From: Octopus sinensis
Taxonomy: Eukaryota
DNA: 64,000 nt
Reading direction: 5' to 3'
NCBI RefSeq assembly: GCF_006345805.1
Contig: NC_042998.1
Span: 121,086,001 to 121,150,000 of the forward strand
Below are positions 38,516 through 52,945 of the stretch, piece after piece. Position numbers and translations under genes: made by a program. The notes beneath the pieces were generated by a model. The model had not been told where the DNA came from, did no database searches, and saw only the letters and a list, made by a program, of their open reading frames with translations. How positions within the stretch are numbered: the stretch's first letter is position 1; each line of letters opens with the position of its first letter.

Positions 38516-40545
38516 CAAGCCACATGCAAGAAATATGTCCCAGAACACAAGGCCAAAATAAATAGGAACAAGATTCCAAGGGAGAGGAAGATCCTCATGA
38601 GACGAGGGAGGAAGGTCGCAAATCGACTCAATCAACATCCCAAAAGTAGCGAAAGGTCCTGCCTAAAAGCAACACTGATGGAGATTGAAAAAAGGCTGCA
38701 ACAATCCTATGTGAGGGAGAAAGCAGACAAAGAAGCCTGGGTTATAAAAAGCATTAAGTCAAACCCAAAGGCCTTCTTTCATTGCACGAAAGAAACAGCC
38801 TCAGTACACTACAAGATAGGACCACTCTTCCAAAAGGATGGCTCCTCACAAACAGTCCCACTAGGATCAGTGAGGTACTAAATGACCAGTTCAAAAGTGT
38901 CTTTACCACCCCGCTGGAACACAGACAAGTGAACGAACCAGTGGACTTCTTTGCCGCCTCGCCTATAACCAGCAAGGCAGTTACGATGGAATACATCGAT
39001 ATTAGTGAAGAAGATATATTACTAGCCATAGATGAGGTGGACACAAACTCAACTGCTGGTCCTGATGGTTTCCCAGCAATCCTCCACAAAGCGTGTAAGC
39101 ATGCCCTGGCAAAACCCCTCCAGATTCTCTTCCAGAGCTTTCTTGCAAATGGCAGACTGCCAAGCAAGCTGAAGGAGGGAATAATATGCCCAATCCATAA
39201 AGGGGGAAGTAGAGCAGATGCCAAAAACTATAGGCCTATCTCTCTGACTTCACACATCAGTAAAGTCATGGAACAGATAGTCAGAGAGAATCTAATCACA
39301 TTCCTTGAAGAAAATAACTTGCTGAGTGATACCCAGCATAGCTTTCGACCATGTAGGAGCTGTCTGACCCAGCTCTTACAACATTATGACTGGGTGCTGA
39401 GGCAGTTACTCAACAACTCAAATGTGGATGTAATATACCTTGATTTTGCAAAAGCTTTTGACAAGGTGAATCATGGTATGATATGCCACACACTGCGTGA
39501 TCTCGGTATAGCCGGAGGACTTGGAGAGTGGTTACATGACTTTCTGAAAGATAGAAGTCAGGCAGTAGTGGCTAATGGAGCCACCTCTATAAAAACACAA
39601 ATAGTGAGCGGTGTTCTACAAGGCACTGTCTTGGGACCACTGCTTTTTATAGTGGCCCTCTCAGATATACCCTCAAGAACCCAGATAGCCACCCTTGCAA
39701 GCTACACAAACAATACAAAAGTCTCGCAGAAAATACAGAACCCCAGCAATGTTGCACATCTACAGCAGGAGCTGGACTCAATTTACAGATGGGCTGGGGA
39801 TAATAATATGCAGTTTAATGCTGAAAAATTCCAAGCCCTGTGCTACCAGCGTCCAAAACTGAATATGAAACTTACAGGGTACACTGCTCCACAGGGAATT
39901 TCAATCCCAGAGCCTAAATCAATGAGGGACCTGGGTATCGACATGAGTGAAGATACCTTTTTCCAAGTGCAAATTACCAGGATGGCAACAAAGTGCAGAT
40001 GACTGGCTGGATGGATCCTAAGAACATTCAGAACCAGAGATAAGGAAACTATGATGGTCCTCTGGCAAACATTCATCCTCAGGCTGAAACAGCTAAGTCT
40101 CTACTCCCTGGAGAGAAGGCAGGAGAGGTATGCAGAAATATAAATCTGGAAGATCCTTGAAGGAATTGTGCCAAAGTTTGGCATTGAAAGCTATACCAAT
40201 GCCAGAATGGGATGATACTGCAGAGTGCCAAAGATCCCAGCAACGCCATCGTGCTTCAGGACTAGTTACTGCAACAGCCTGGGTTTCAAGGGCCCACAGC
40301 CTTTTAGTATTCTCCCGAAGAGCTTGAGGAACCTGCACAAAGTAGATGTAGGTGTTTTTAAATCAAAGCTGGACCTCTTCCTGTCGAGAGTCCCAGATGA
40401 ACCCACATCAAGGCAAGAGGTGCAAATGAGGGTAGCTATATCAAACTCCATTCTTCATACTGGAGGAGGCTCTCAGTAATAACAGTGTAGCAAAACGGCG
40501 GTGAATCAGCATGGCTGCAGCTCTGAGCTGAAACTACAAAAAAAT
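38516..40545 (+). mobile_element. 5'-truncated CR1/L2-group LINE (RT pseudogene)
   Basis: ORF 38782-40002 contains GPDGFPA, NYRPISLTS, YLDFAKAFDKV and QGTVLGPLLF; the YADD position has decayed to YTNN. The tail is GCTGAAACTACAAAAAAA. Confidence 0.92.
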
Positions 40546-40604
40546 ATTATATATGTGTGTGTTTGTGTGTATGTATGTCTGTAAAAAAATAAATAAATGC
40601 ACCC

Positions 40605-40842
40605 TTTTAAAGTCTAGCCAGGCTCGTGGGCCCAGTTTCCTGGTTTCAATGGCGTATGTGTTCCCCAGCTGGACGGGACGCCAGTCCATCGCAGCGTTAC
40701 TCATTTTTGCCAGCTGAGTGGACTGGAGCAACATGAAATGAAGTGTTTTGCTCAAGAACACAATGCGTCATCTGGTCCAGGAATTGAAACCACAATCTTA
40801 CGATCATGATGCTGACACCCTAACCACTAAGCTACGCGCTTC
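40605..40842 (-). mobile_element. tRNA-derived SINE (family 3 variant)
   Basis: Minus strand begins GAAGCGCGTAGCTTAGTGGTTAGGGTGTCAG..GGTTTCAATTCC and shares its body with 3803-3950. Confidence 0.8.
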
Positions 40843-41008
40843 CACATATACGCACACACACACACACACACACAGAAAACTCCAAATGACCCATCCTTGT
40901 TTTTTCCTGTCCTTTTTTGTATTGTCTAACTCTCCGGATATCTTGTTATTGCCTGTTACGTTTTTGTTCCATTTTTTTTTCTTTTTTTATATATACATAT
41001 AGTGGCAT

Positions 41009-41060
<52 letters not shown>

Positions 41061-42374
41061 AAATTCTATACGACTTTCTTATTCTTTCTTTCAGCCCCTT
41101 TACACTTACTTCGTTCTTTCCAGTTTACTTTTTTTCACTCCCCATCTCTCTCATTTCTTAGCCTTCCCTTCATTCTCACCTTCCCTCCTCTTTTACCTTG
41201 CTCTGTCCCTTTTTCTTTTTTCTTTCTTTCTCATCCCTCCTTAATTCTTCTATCCCTCTTCCCCTACCTTGTCCTGAACTTTTCCAAATGTAATAACTTG
41301 TCCTGTATTTTTCCAGGTTTATAATCTTAAGAATATTTCTCTTTTCTTGCATTTTTCCACATAATCCATGTTTTTTCCAGGCTATGCTATTATGCTAATT
41401 AATAATGTGTCAATTAATAATTTAAAATTTTACCTTATTGAAAATTACCTCAATGATGCCAGTCCCCTTATAGAACAATATTCATAAAAAATAACTATAT
41501 TTTCACCCTCAATGAAATTTGAGAAACAACACTCATAACTTTTTTCTTTTAAAATGCAAGAGATTGATACTGTGAAATTCCTTGAAATGAGCTCTCTCAT
41601 TGAAGCTTATTTAAAATATAGTTTGTTTTTAAAATATAAAAGTTAATTATACTTAAATACAATTTTTTGCCATATATGTTTTTCATGATATTTCACCTCA
41701 CAACTTTTTTGATAAAAATGTTTGTTGCATGGGACTAAAACTATGAAATTATTCATGCTTTCTCCTATCATTGAAGCTAAAACAAAAATATTTTGCTTTT
41801 AAAATTAAAAAATGTTCTTCTATGCAATGTATGACCACTTTCAGAGATGTTTCTTTTTCCTTTGAGAAAGAAAAATTGCATATTTTGAGCATTATTGCTG
41901 TTGTTTAACCCCCACCACAATTAACCTTGATTGAGTGGACCTATGATCAAAGACATTCCAGCTGTGACTGTCGTGTTTTTTTAGAAGTACTTAAGACACA
42001 ATAATGGTGATCGTGGTTAACGTGAAAAAGTGAATCATGATGATGATGATGACAGTTAGTATGACAATGTAAATGATTATGATAATGATGATAGATTTTG
42101 AAATTAGCATAAGATATAAATAGTGTTGAAGATAATAATGAATCAAAGGAAGAGAAGATTGATCAATTAATGATGTAAGAATATTTAACTGATATTGTAA
42201 TTAATTATACAACAACTTGACAACAGTTATGTTGAAAACTCAATAAAATTAAAGATCAAGTTTCAGGATATAAAATTCTATATGAACAACTTTCTGTCTG
42301 TATCAGATATCAAATGTTAGTAGTTAAAGTTCCATCATTAGGATAGCATGAAATGAAGAAATTTGTAAGTCATC

Positions 42375-42680
42375 ATCATTATCATCATCATTGTTTAATG
42401 TCTTCCTTCCATGCTGGCATGGGTTGGACGGTTTGACAGGTGCTGGCCAGACAGGAGCCTGCACCATGCTTCTGAGTGTGTTTTGGCGTGGTCTTTATAG
42501 CTAGTTGCCCTTCCTAACACCAACCACTCTATAGAGTGGGCTGAGTGCATTTTACATGGCACTCACACAGGCGAGGTCAGTTTTGGTGTAGTTTTTACAG
42601 CTGGATGCCCTTCCAAATGCCAACCACTTTACAGTGTGGACTGGGTGCATTTTAAATGGCACCTACACAGGTAGGGTCAC
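42375..42680 (-). mobile_element. RTE 3'-tail-derived short element with an internal duplication
   Basis: (CAT)n..CCATGCTGGCATGGGTTGGACGG, followed by two CCCTTCC..ACCAACCACT blocks. Confidence 0.7.
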
Positions 42681-45600
42681 CAAGTGACTTTGCAAGACAA
42701 AGAGTCTTTTAGAGAGGAGGGGGCAGCGGAGGAGGTGATGTTGTATCAAATGATGAAAAATTAGAGAGTGACAGAGAGGCAGAAACAGATGTCTTGCTGT
42801 AGAGGAGGTCCATGGTTAACCAGCCAGAGAGAGGGAGAAAGAGAGGAAGAAAAAGAGAATGAGAGTTAACACGAATAAGGGCAGAAACAGTTACCTAGAG
42901 AGAGAGTGGGAATTAACAAGAGGTGTGCTGCTGTAAATGGTTACCTAGCCAGAGGTAAGAGCAAGGGGAGGAGGGAGAGGAAAAGTGATCAAGAATGAAG
43001 GCAGAAACAGGTTTGCTGCTGTAGAAGAGATACATGATTGCTCAGCCAGAGGGGAGAGCAAGAGAGAGAGAGATTAGGAGAGGCATGGCAGCAAGTGCCA
43101 GGGTATACTTGCAAGAAACAGGGATCAGGGCATAGAGTAAGGAAGAGGGAAATGAATTGTGGCAGGTGCTGGCAGGGTATTGCCAAGGAGTTGCGAGTTG
43201 GGAGTGGGGAAATGTAGTGACTGGAGAGAATTTGGGTATATAGAGGGGATATTGGGAAAGCAGTGATACATGAGCAGGGTAGTGAGGACTAGGTTGGGAA
43301 GTGGGGCAGGGGAATGCTGAGACTGGTGGGAATTTGGGTATGTTGAGGGGGGATGGGGGAAGCAATGATACAGTGAGCAAGGTAGCAAGGACTGGATTGG
43401 AGAGTGGGAGATAATCATAGTGTATGAAGAGGAAATGTGAGGAAGAAAAGAGAAACACTTTGGGAAGGGAAAGGGGTGTAGTTTGGTTTGTTGGGGTGGG
43501 GTATGTAAAAGTCTTATGGTGGAACACAACACTTCTTGTACTCTGGTTCACTGACATAGGGGCACCTTCTCTAGAACCTCATATCGCATAATTACATATC
43601 CTATAAATGCATGATATACATATAAGTGACCATAACCATTACAACTGATAAATCTTATATTATAGAACTGCTATTTAGCCTGTTATTTTCATAAAGTTAA
43701 TCCAAGTTTATTAAAATAGAAACCACAAATTTATAAAGAGGCTACTTCAAGGCATTTTGTCCAGCATTTAAACTAACAACAGTGCATGCAAAATCAAAAA
43801 ACACCAAGAAATGGAACAGTTTAACACAAACAATAATATAAGATAGTACAAAACATCACCCTCCACAAATATATAAAATACAACATATATTGCAAGCTTC
43901 AGTAGTCAGCTGGACTACAATAGCTATAATATTAAAATGCTAGACTACTAACTATATGGATATTCTGCTGCATCTCTGAGCAAGGCACCTAACTCAACTT
44001 TCTCTAATTTGTCTGACCTAAACAATCAATAGATTCAACTAACTTTCTTCACAGCTAAGTGGTAAGCGTAAAGAAGGATATTATCCAATTGTGAAAAAAA
44101 AAAGGCCCAAAAATAAACTAGGATGAGGAAGTGGGAGTAAACAATAAATAGAGAAACAGCAAAAAAATGAGGTGGAATCCTTCTATAATCAAATAAAACA
44201 AGAAACAAGCCAATGATGAAACTTGGTAAAAATACTAACCAAACTTCTCTTGAATCAAACCCTACTTCTCTTTTTTTAAAAAATGGAGGGTAATATTCTT
44301 GTGGAAATACTTTGTCTTTACTGGTCTAGGATTAAACAAAACAAAACAACAACCATCACTATTACTAAAGATTTTAGCCAACAATTACTAATGAGTCAAC
44401 AATAGAATCAGTGATGCCAATAAGAGAACTTGTATATGGTCACTCAACTTGCAAGAAACCATGGCCAAATCTCCCTCAAATCACAATGACACCTTAAAAA
44501 GGAAAAGCTATACTGGATAATGTAGCCATGAAAACCTAGCTGAAAACAAGACAGTACAAACAAGTTACGTCTTTCTTTGATCATAGAACAACTTAACCAA
44601 AGCTGACCATTCCCATACAAGTACATCTTGTACCAGTATTACACAGAATTAGACCATTTGTTGTATATCACCACCATCAACTCCTCCTCCTCCATAACTT
44701 TCAATTTAACAGCTGATTTTCCATACCAGAAAGTGATGAACAGGCTTGTAGTACAGCAAATCCCTACTCAACCCCATCTTGCAGCATCATGTTTGTGAGG
44801 TACAACATCTAAAGATCTGACTTCATCTTTTCTATCTATGTCTAATGGAGTCTCCTTCCACAAGTAGCTTCACCCGCTAGAATAGCAACCAAATCTCCTT
44901 CAAATTACACCCTACCATCTTTAAAAAAATTAAGGAAACATTAAATAATTTAATCTAAGATATTCTTAAAAAACTAGAACAGTTGGAATGTGTTTGATTG
45001 TATGTCTATTGGACCAGGGCTGAGCAGGAACAAAACAATTCTCAGTACGCAACATTTTATCATCTGGCACTTATAATGTATACACAGGTTTATACCGACA
45101 GTCATCTCTCCTGCACACATCATTTCATGTCATTAATACTCAGCCATTCCTTAAACTCACTCAATTTCCATCATTCATATAAGTTAACATTAACATAACA
45201 ATAATACACAATCAACAACATAAGAAACAACAAAAGCATCTAAGAGAGAAACCACAGAAACAGCTGAATAAAAACAAACTGATCTAATTAAATGACAATA
45301 TCCTAACAATCAGATTAAACAGAGTTTAATAGGATTATCATCACAACTTGGTACAGATACAGTCATAGTACTGCACTATTTTCAGAAGGACCACAACCCT
45401 AAATTGTGAGGTTGTGAAGAGAATAATTTGAGCAACAAATAGCACATATATCTTATGGAAAGTACTACTGGATACTGTGAATAGAGGTGCTTCATTCATT
45501 CATTCATTCATTTTATATCCATTTTCCATGCTAGTATGAGTTAAATGAATACATATTACCAAGGCATTGTTTTACAGCAAGATGTTCTTGTAGTTACCTT

Positions 45601-46234
45601 ACCTGATTTTCAAGTAAAAGATTTTTCATTCCAGTTATCTTTAAAAGCAAAAACGCTAGCAGATAATTTGTTGGCAGGAAATTGTCAACAAACTATAGTT
45701 AGTATTTATGGCTACTGATATCAGAAGCTATATCATGGTCAGTAATAATGGGTGCCATTACTAGTAATTGGGAGACAGAGTCAATTGTTGTTTGGTTAAC
45801 CTGACTCTTAAATGTCTTTAACCCTTTCACTAACAATATTTCTAATGAAATACAATTTTAAAATATTCAAGAATTTGAAGGAATTTGGTAAAATGTTTAA
45901 TTAATTTAACGTAATTAATTTGCCTCATGTTATGCTGTACTGATGATTCCAAACAAGGATGAAATAGTGCTATACATGGATACCAACAACTCAAAATTTT
46001 AATATCTTTATAATGTGTAAGAAAAAAAAAAGAAATTTAAAATTCTGTGCACCTTTTTTCTCCTTGATTTAAAATTAAAAATTCCAATTCCACATTAACT
46101 TAATCTAGAAGGGATTGTCTCCACTATTATGGCTGACTACCGAGGGTAAAGCACATATGATAATAAGATAACTTTGCCATTATTAAGCTGGGGGTTATAA
46201 CATTAAAAAAAAACAGATTCTTACTTAAAATTAT

Positions 46235-46463
46235 GATAGAAATTTTGATACCTCCCTGCCCAAGTCAACCCCTGCTTCTATGATACATGCTTCTTGTTTT
46301 AAAGTGATCGAAATTAAAACTTTTCATCAAAATTTCATGTTAATTTATGACCCTAACACCAGCTTAATAATGACAAAGCTATTTTAACAAAGTTTTCATT
46401 ACTTTCAAAATTATTTGAGTCAAAGGCAGTGTATTTTAACAAATATAGTAATGAAAGGATTAA
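46235..46463. mobile_element. TTAA MITE copy
   Basis: Body similar to 10946-11135 and 21665-21860. Confidence 0.55.
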
Positions 46464-48789
46464 ATATAAACTCTATAACAGGATGTGAGTTGCAATAGTG
46501 AACTAAGGATGGCCTCAAGTAGATAAGTAACAAAAGGGTTAACAGAGTCTATTTAGTTGCAAACATTTGGATCATATTTCCAATTTGAAAACATCAAGAT
46601 TTTCCTTCCTTCTCCCCACTAATCACAGAAGGCCTGCAAAAAGTTCATAGATGCTGCTCTTCCTCCTCCTCTGACTATGCTGTTAATGGATAGTGATGTG
46701 ATGTGAATGCATTGGCTATGGTGAATGGTTGTAGTAATGATGTGTAATCAATAACAGTGGGAATCATAAATAGATTGTTGTCAAGAAGGAGACAATGAAG
46801 TAAGTCAGTAATAGCTGAACTAATCAGAGGCTATTCTATACTAGAGTATAGAAACAAAGGTGTTGATGATGATGATGATAATGATGATGATTATGATTTA
46901 GCTAAAGTATTAATACTGTTGGGAGAGAGATTTAGTGAGCAACAAAGTTGAAGAGGGTAGTTAACAATTGTCAGGTAACAAAATATTACACAACTAAGAT
47001 AATCAATGATGAACCACCATTCTTTATTCTTCAATGTAGAGGAAGATAATGTGAACTGACCCTTGCTTTACAAATGTTTCCACATTAGCAGCCATTAGTG
47101 TATTCTGTGTCTAGTCTTAGTACCAGTCATTTCAATTTGCTTATTATTCTGTTGACCAGCATGAGAAAGGAGAGGAGACAATGTCCATAATTATTTCAGA
47201 TCTTTCTAAATTGATGCCTCAAGATAACTAAGTAAAAATGTTATTGTTTAACCCCAGGTCTGTTCTGACTGAGTTGATCTATGATCAAAGATGTTCCTAC
47301 TGTGTCCATCATTTATTTTTGTACATCTAGGATTACATTGTCCAGTGTGCCCTTATTATTTAATCCCACTACAGCGCCAATCAAGCAGACCTGTGATCAA
47401 AGCAACTTGCCACAACCATCTAGTCTCTTTTTATTATATTCAGAACTACATTTTGCAGTATGTGCCTTCTATTTCTAAGATGGTCAAGTGTAATCTGAAG
47501 ATGATTTAACTGATGTTTCTAGCAGGTTGAGTGACTATATAGAGGTTTCATCAGTAGCTTGGGCTGACCTAGTGGCTAATTTTTATAGTTGCAGGTTAGG
47601 TGCAGTAAAGGAGATTCAGAGAAATGAAAGAAATGTAATAGTGAAATGAAATGTGAGTAGAAGACAAATACACTGAATAGGTTTAAATGGAGATAGCAGA
47701 GAGTTAAGAAGTTCAGTGGAACAAAGGCCATTATTGTAACAGTTAAATTAAAGTCATCAAACATAATGAAGAGAGGGAGGGGGAAATCTAATTAATTAAT
47801 AATACTTATGTAGTGCGAAGAAAACATTAGCTTAACAACTAACATGTTACTATACATCAATATAGTGATTATTTTAATACTGATTTGGCAAATACAAAGA
47901 CATCTGTACTCCAATAATGAATAAGGCTCAAACATGTCTGGAATTGTCACCCATACTTTGCAAAAAAATTAGATTCAAATAATATTACACATTAAGCTAT
48001 TTTCCTTCAATCATTACTTGAGGTAGCAGTAGTTAAGGAAGGAGACACTGCTGGATGGTAGCTACAAGAATGGAGAGTATATGTGTGAGAGCAGTTTTCT
48101 CTCAGAATATAGTCCACTTTGTAGGTTAATGTAATGACTACAACAAGTCGTGAAAGAAGGAAGAAATTTATTAAGATGTAACAGTGACAAAATTGAGATC
48201 TTTACCACAATTAGTTCACAATTAGGTTTTATAAACAACAATTTTGATAATTCCAGCAAATTATTTGAACAAAGAAATCTATTAAATATGTCTATTTAAT
48301 AATTACTGAAATTCTGAGACATAACATTTATATGAAGTGAGACAGGGTGAGAACAATAGTGAAGTCATATAAAGCCAATCTACTAAAGGTATGAATTGTC
48401 TTTACTCTTAAAAGATAGAAGACCAAAACAATCAATAAAGTCCAGTGTCCTACAAAACTGCCAAAGGAAATAGGGAACTGTCATTCCTCTTCTGAGCTAA
48501 CACAAATAGTGGTGGTGGCAGTGGCAGCAGCAGTGCTGCTGCTGACAAAGCCAAGTAATGGTAATGTGATTGGTTTGTTGTTAAAATACCTCACTAGAAC
48601 ATTCACCTAATTACTCTATGAAATCTGAATAAATGATTAACTAATTCTTTTATCAATTAGTTCTTAATTAGCTTCAAAGATTATAAATAATCATTAAACA
48701 AATGATTCACCTTATTTTCAATATATACAAGGCACAGGTATGACTATGATTAAGAAGATTTTCTTGCCAACCTCATGATTTCAGGCTCA

Positions 48790-49290
48790 CTGATTGGTAC
48801 CTTGAGCAAATGTTTACTGCAACCTCAGGCCAATCAATCAAAGCTTCATGAGTGAATTTGGAAGATGGAAACTAAAAGAACCCTGTTGTACAGTCATGCC
48901 CACAAGTATAGTAAGAAGTTTGCTTCCCAAACATGTGATCTCAGGTTCAATCTCACTATGCAGCACTGTATGCAAGTGTCTTCTACTATAGTCTCCACAG
49001 GACAACCAAAGTTTTGTGAGCGGAGGACTGAAATTGTCAGAAGCCGTGTGTGTGTGCATGCGTGCATGCATGCATGTGTGTGTTTGTGTGTACCCTTGTC
49101 TTCACCGCATGTGATAGTTGCAAATGAACATCAATGTCATTCAAGAAATGTTGTTTGATTTCAGTCTTCCATGAGCAAAACATGTCTGGCCATGAGGAAA
49201 TATTGCCTTGCATGGAAACAGGTGAGAGTTGGCAACTTGAAGGGCATCTGACTGTAGAAAATCTGCCTTGACAAAAATTCTGGCTGACCA
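48790..49290 (+). mobile_element. Decayed family-2 SINE pieces
   Basis: GGTACCTTGAGCAAATG, GTAAGAAGTTTGCTTCCCAA..AGGTTCAATC and GCAAGTGTCTTCTACTATAG motifs. Confidence 0.55.
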
Positions 49291-50448
49291 ATGCAAGCAT
49301 GGATTATGATGATATATTGCGTGTCTGTTTGTGTGAGTTCATATTTCCCCTCATCTTCATATCTGCTGTTTGTAAACAATGGCTTTGCAAGCAAACAGTG
49401 TAATTTGCCTGCAATCAACTACAAAAGCATGTCCAAGTTTCTTGACATGTTACACAATCTTTATAAACAAAAAGCTCATTCAACTGATATCATTTGTTTC
49501 CAATTCTCCATGTAATGATGCCCAAGCTGCTTGCTGGGCATGTGTTTGCAGGTGTTGACATCAGGAAGGACGGGCATCTAGCCACATAAAAACTCTGCCA
49601 GCTTACTCTCATCTGACCATGCAAGCATAGAAAAGGACATTAAGATGATGATGATGATGACAAAAAAATAGTTGCTTTGTAACAATGTTAGAATTCAAAC
49701 CAAATGTCTAAGAATTTGGTAATTTCTAGACATTGGAGTTTACCAAATGTTTAATGTCTAGATGCAGGCAGACATGCAACGTAAAAAACTGGTCAATAGT
49801 ACAAGTGTAATTTAAGAATTTCATCTCAGGTCAAGTAAATCTATGATCAGGGTCTGATCATAGAGGGGTCTGGCATTGGCAGAAGTACTTGGCCACGTTC
49901 GGATGGTGCTTTTATGTGGGGGGGGGCAGAAATATATAGGGGAGCACCAGTGGGGAGGGGTGGTTCAGAGAAATGATGACAGGTTCTAGGCAAGTAGAAC
50001 GTAGGATATCAAGAGAGGGGTAATGCATGGTGAAATAGCGTATTGAAGAGGGGGGTTCGAAGAGTAGACACCTATAATGGTGGTGGGAGAAGCGACATCC
50101 GGTATAGATGGAGCAAAAATATAGAGATATCCGGTATTGGTGGTGGGGGTGATGAAACTAAATTAACATATACAAACAAATAGTTGTTACAGTAGTTGTT
50201 TTACTATGTCAGAATTCTAAATAAAGATATCATCTGACACTACCATTTGTCCAGATATGGTTAAGTAACATAACAAAAGAAAAAAAGAACTGGTCAATAA
50301 TTTATTATAAATGCAATTGGTGTTTAACATCAGACCAGCCCTGATTACATCAGATATATATATATATATATGGATGTTTTGTTGTCCCATTTTTGTATCA
50401 CCTAACTGTCCGGATGTTTTGCGTTTTTGTCCCATTTAGTATTATATA

Positions 50449-50495
<47 letters not shown>

Positions 50496-50949
50496 CATGT
50501 AAACACACACATACATACATAATCAATGACATTCCAGCCATCGCTGAATATATTGTCCAGTATGTTCTCTTTTTCAAGATGGCAGGATGTTATCTATAAC
50601 AGATATTTGGCTACTTTTTCTAGAAGGTCAAGTGACCAAGAAGAAGCACCCTCAGTGGCTCATGGTCAGCAGTTTACAGTTTTTATGGTGTGATCAAGAT
50701 ATATAACTTACAAATGATTTAGTCCTACTAATTGGAGCTAGATTCCCCCAAGGTAGGAACAACTTAACACTTTCACCAATGACAGCACTGTAAAACGGTC
50801 TAGTCTCCTTTGTCTACTGTAATGAGTTCAGCTCCTCCTGTACATAGCATAGCTTGGTGAGGAATAAGCCCCATCAAGCTGACTTATTCAAGATACATGA
50901 CAAGATTAAACTTTCAGTGGCATCTCTACAAATGAATCAATTAAAGAAT

Positions 50950-51203
50950 GCACTAAGTATTTTTTATCTTTTATTGGCTTCAGTCATTAGATTACGGCCA
51001 TGCTGGGTCACCACCTTGAAGAACTTTTAGTCAAATGAATCACCCCCAGTACTCATCATTTTTTTTTTTTTTTAGCCTGGCACTAATTTGAGAAGTTTCC
51101 TTTGCTGAACTACCAAGTTATAGGGACATAAATATACCAACACAAGTGATGATGGGGGACAGACATAGGCACAAAGACAAACACACACACACATATGCAT
51201 ATG

Positions 51204-51286
<83 letters not shown>

Positions 51287-51445
51287 GTTTCTCTCAGTTT
51301 CCGTCTACCAAATCCACACATAAGGCATTAGTTAGCTGAAGGTTATAGAAGACATCTGCCCAAGGTGCCATGCACCAGGACTGAACATGGAACCATGTGG
51401 GTGGAAAGTAAATTTCTTACCACACAACCGCACCTGCGCCTATGT
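50950..51445 (-). mobile_element. tRNA-derived SINE (family 2)
   Basis: Reverse complement of the 3337-3735 type: head GGCGCAGGTGCGGTTGTGTGGTAAG at ~51440 and tail near 50960. Confidence 0.8.
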
Positions 51446-52109
51446 ATATATTAATATTCTATAATAATACCAAAACATTATATATTACAATATATGCTAC
51501 TAACATATTACAGTGACTACAATATGTTACACTGACATATCTTTCACAATGTGCAAGAATAACAGAATATATATACTACAATATGCAAGAATGACAGAAT
51601 ACATAATATATCTACTGCAATATTTAAGACTGACATGTTATTTACTATACTATCTGACTAATAGTGACAAAATATACTTTTCTACTTATTTAACACTAAA
51701 ACAATATATTAACAATAATATGTGACAGCGATGCAGTATATCTGCAGCAGTGACATAACATATCTAACCATAATTTGTAACACTGACTATATCTACACTG
51801 ATCTAACTTATTTACAATATGTACACTGGCACAGTATATTTACTACAAACCATAACAGTGCTACAAAATCATTATTGCAACTTTAAGTCCTGGTGCATTA
51901 TGTTATACATTAGTTGAAGGTTGACAGCAGTCGTTTGCAATAAATATAAAGACTCATATATTTTATGCTCTGAATACTGAAGTTGCTCATTTTGGCTGAA
52001 TTAAATCTTTTGATTCTCAGCAACTATTTCTCATCACAATATATTTGGCAAAAACTCAGAAATTATTTTCACAAATTCAGCCAGAATGTGCTCAGAGATA
52101 TAGATTTCT

Positions 52110-52465
52110 GCAGTGAAATACAACAACAATGAAAAAATTTCTTCAGACACTCCACTTTGATGGCATTTCATCCTTCATTTCTAAATTATCTTGCTGAATT
52201 CCCAGACTCAACTGAACAACAAAGACTGACTCTGCTTACCAACTTCATCCATACTGAAGTGATAACACTGACTACAATGCTGCAATACTTTCTTTCAATC
52301 ACATCATTAAACAGCAGAAAACCATTTTTCACATATTCCAATTTCAGCCATGGAAACAGACACTAGACAAAGATATTGACTCTTATGTTAGTAGCAGTAT
52401 CATCAGACATTTTGAGTAATGTCTATCAAAAGGATAGCATCCGGTATGAATTTTCAGATTCTTTT
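52110..52465 (+). mobile_element. Possible decayed Gypsy-type gag fragment
   Basis: MKKFLQ..FD, YLAEFPDSTEQQRLTLLTNFIHTE and KDSIRYEF loosely resemble invertebrate Gypsy gag N-termini; frameshifted. Confidence 0.3.
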
Positions 52466-52488
52466 ACATTATATATACATATATGTGT

Positions 52489-52538
<50 letters not shown>

Positions 52539-52563
52539 ATATATATGTATGTATATACATGTG

Positions 52564-52602
<39 letters not shown>

Positions 52603-52945
52603 ATTATGTAAAGGGATCTCAAAATTTATAACTTAATGCATTATCACATATGTAATTTATTAGCGAACAGATCATGATGATATTTTTTTTATGCATTTTA
52701 TAGAAACTAATGTTTTAAAACGTGAAAATGTAAGTGGGAGGCCACCAATGATAATATATTATCTAATAAGTAGGCAAACATTTTTAATAATAAATGGAGT
52801 AAATGTTCAATTGTTGAAGACCTGGCAACTAAAATGAGATCGCAGCCTTGCATATCTTACCCTGTTAAGAATACCCCTGATGTGCGATATGACATGCTTG
52901 AGAAGACTTGTCGAGTGAAGTAAAACCAATATCATAGTTCCCCCT

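Noticed and set aside
43042-43557. Pro/Ser-rich 171-aa ORF
   Set aside because: It is the complement of a low-complexity purine-rich tract, with no splice or domain support.
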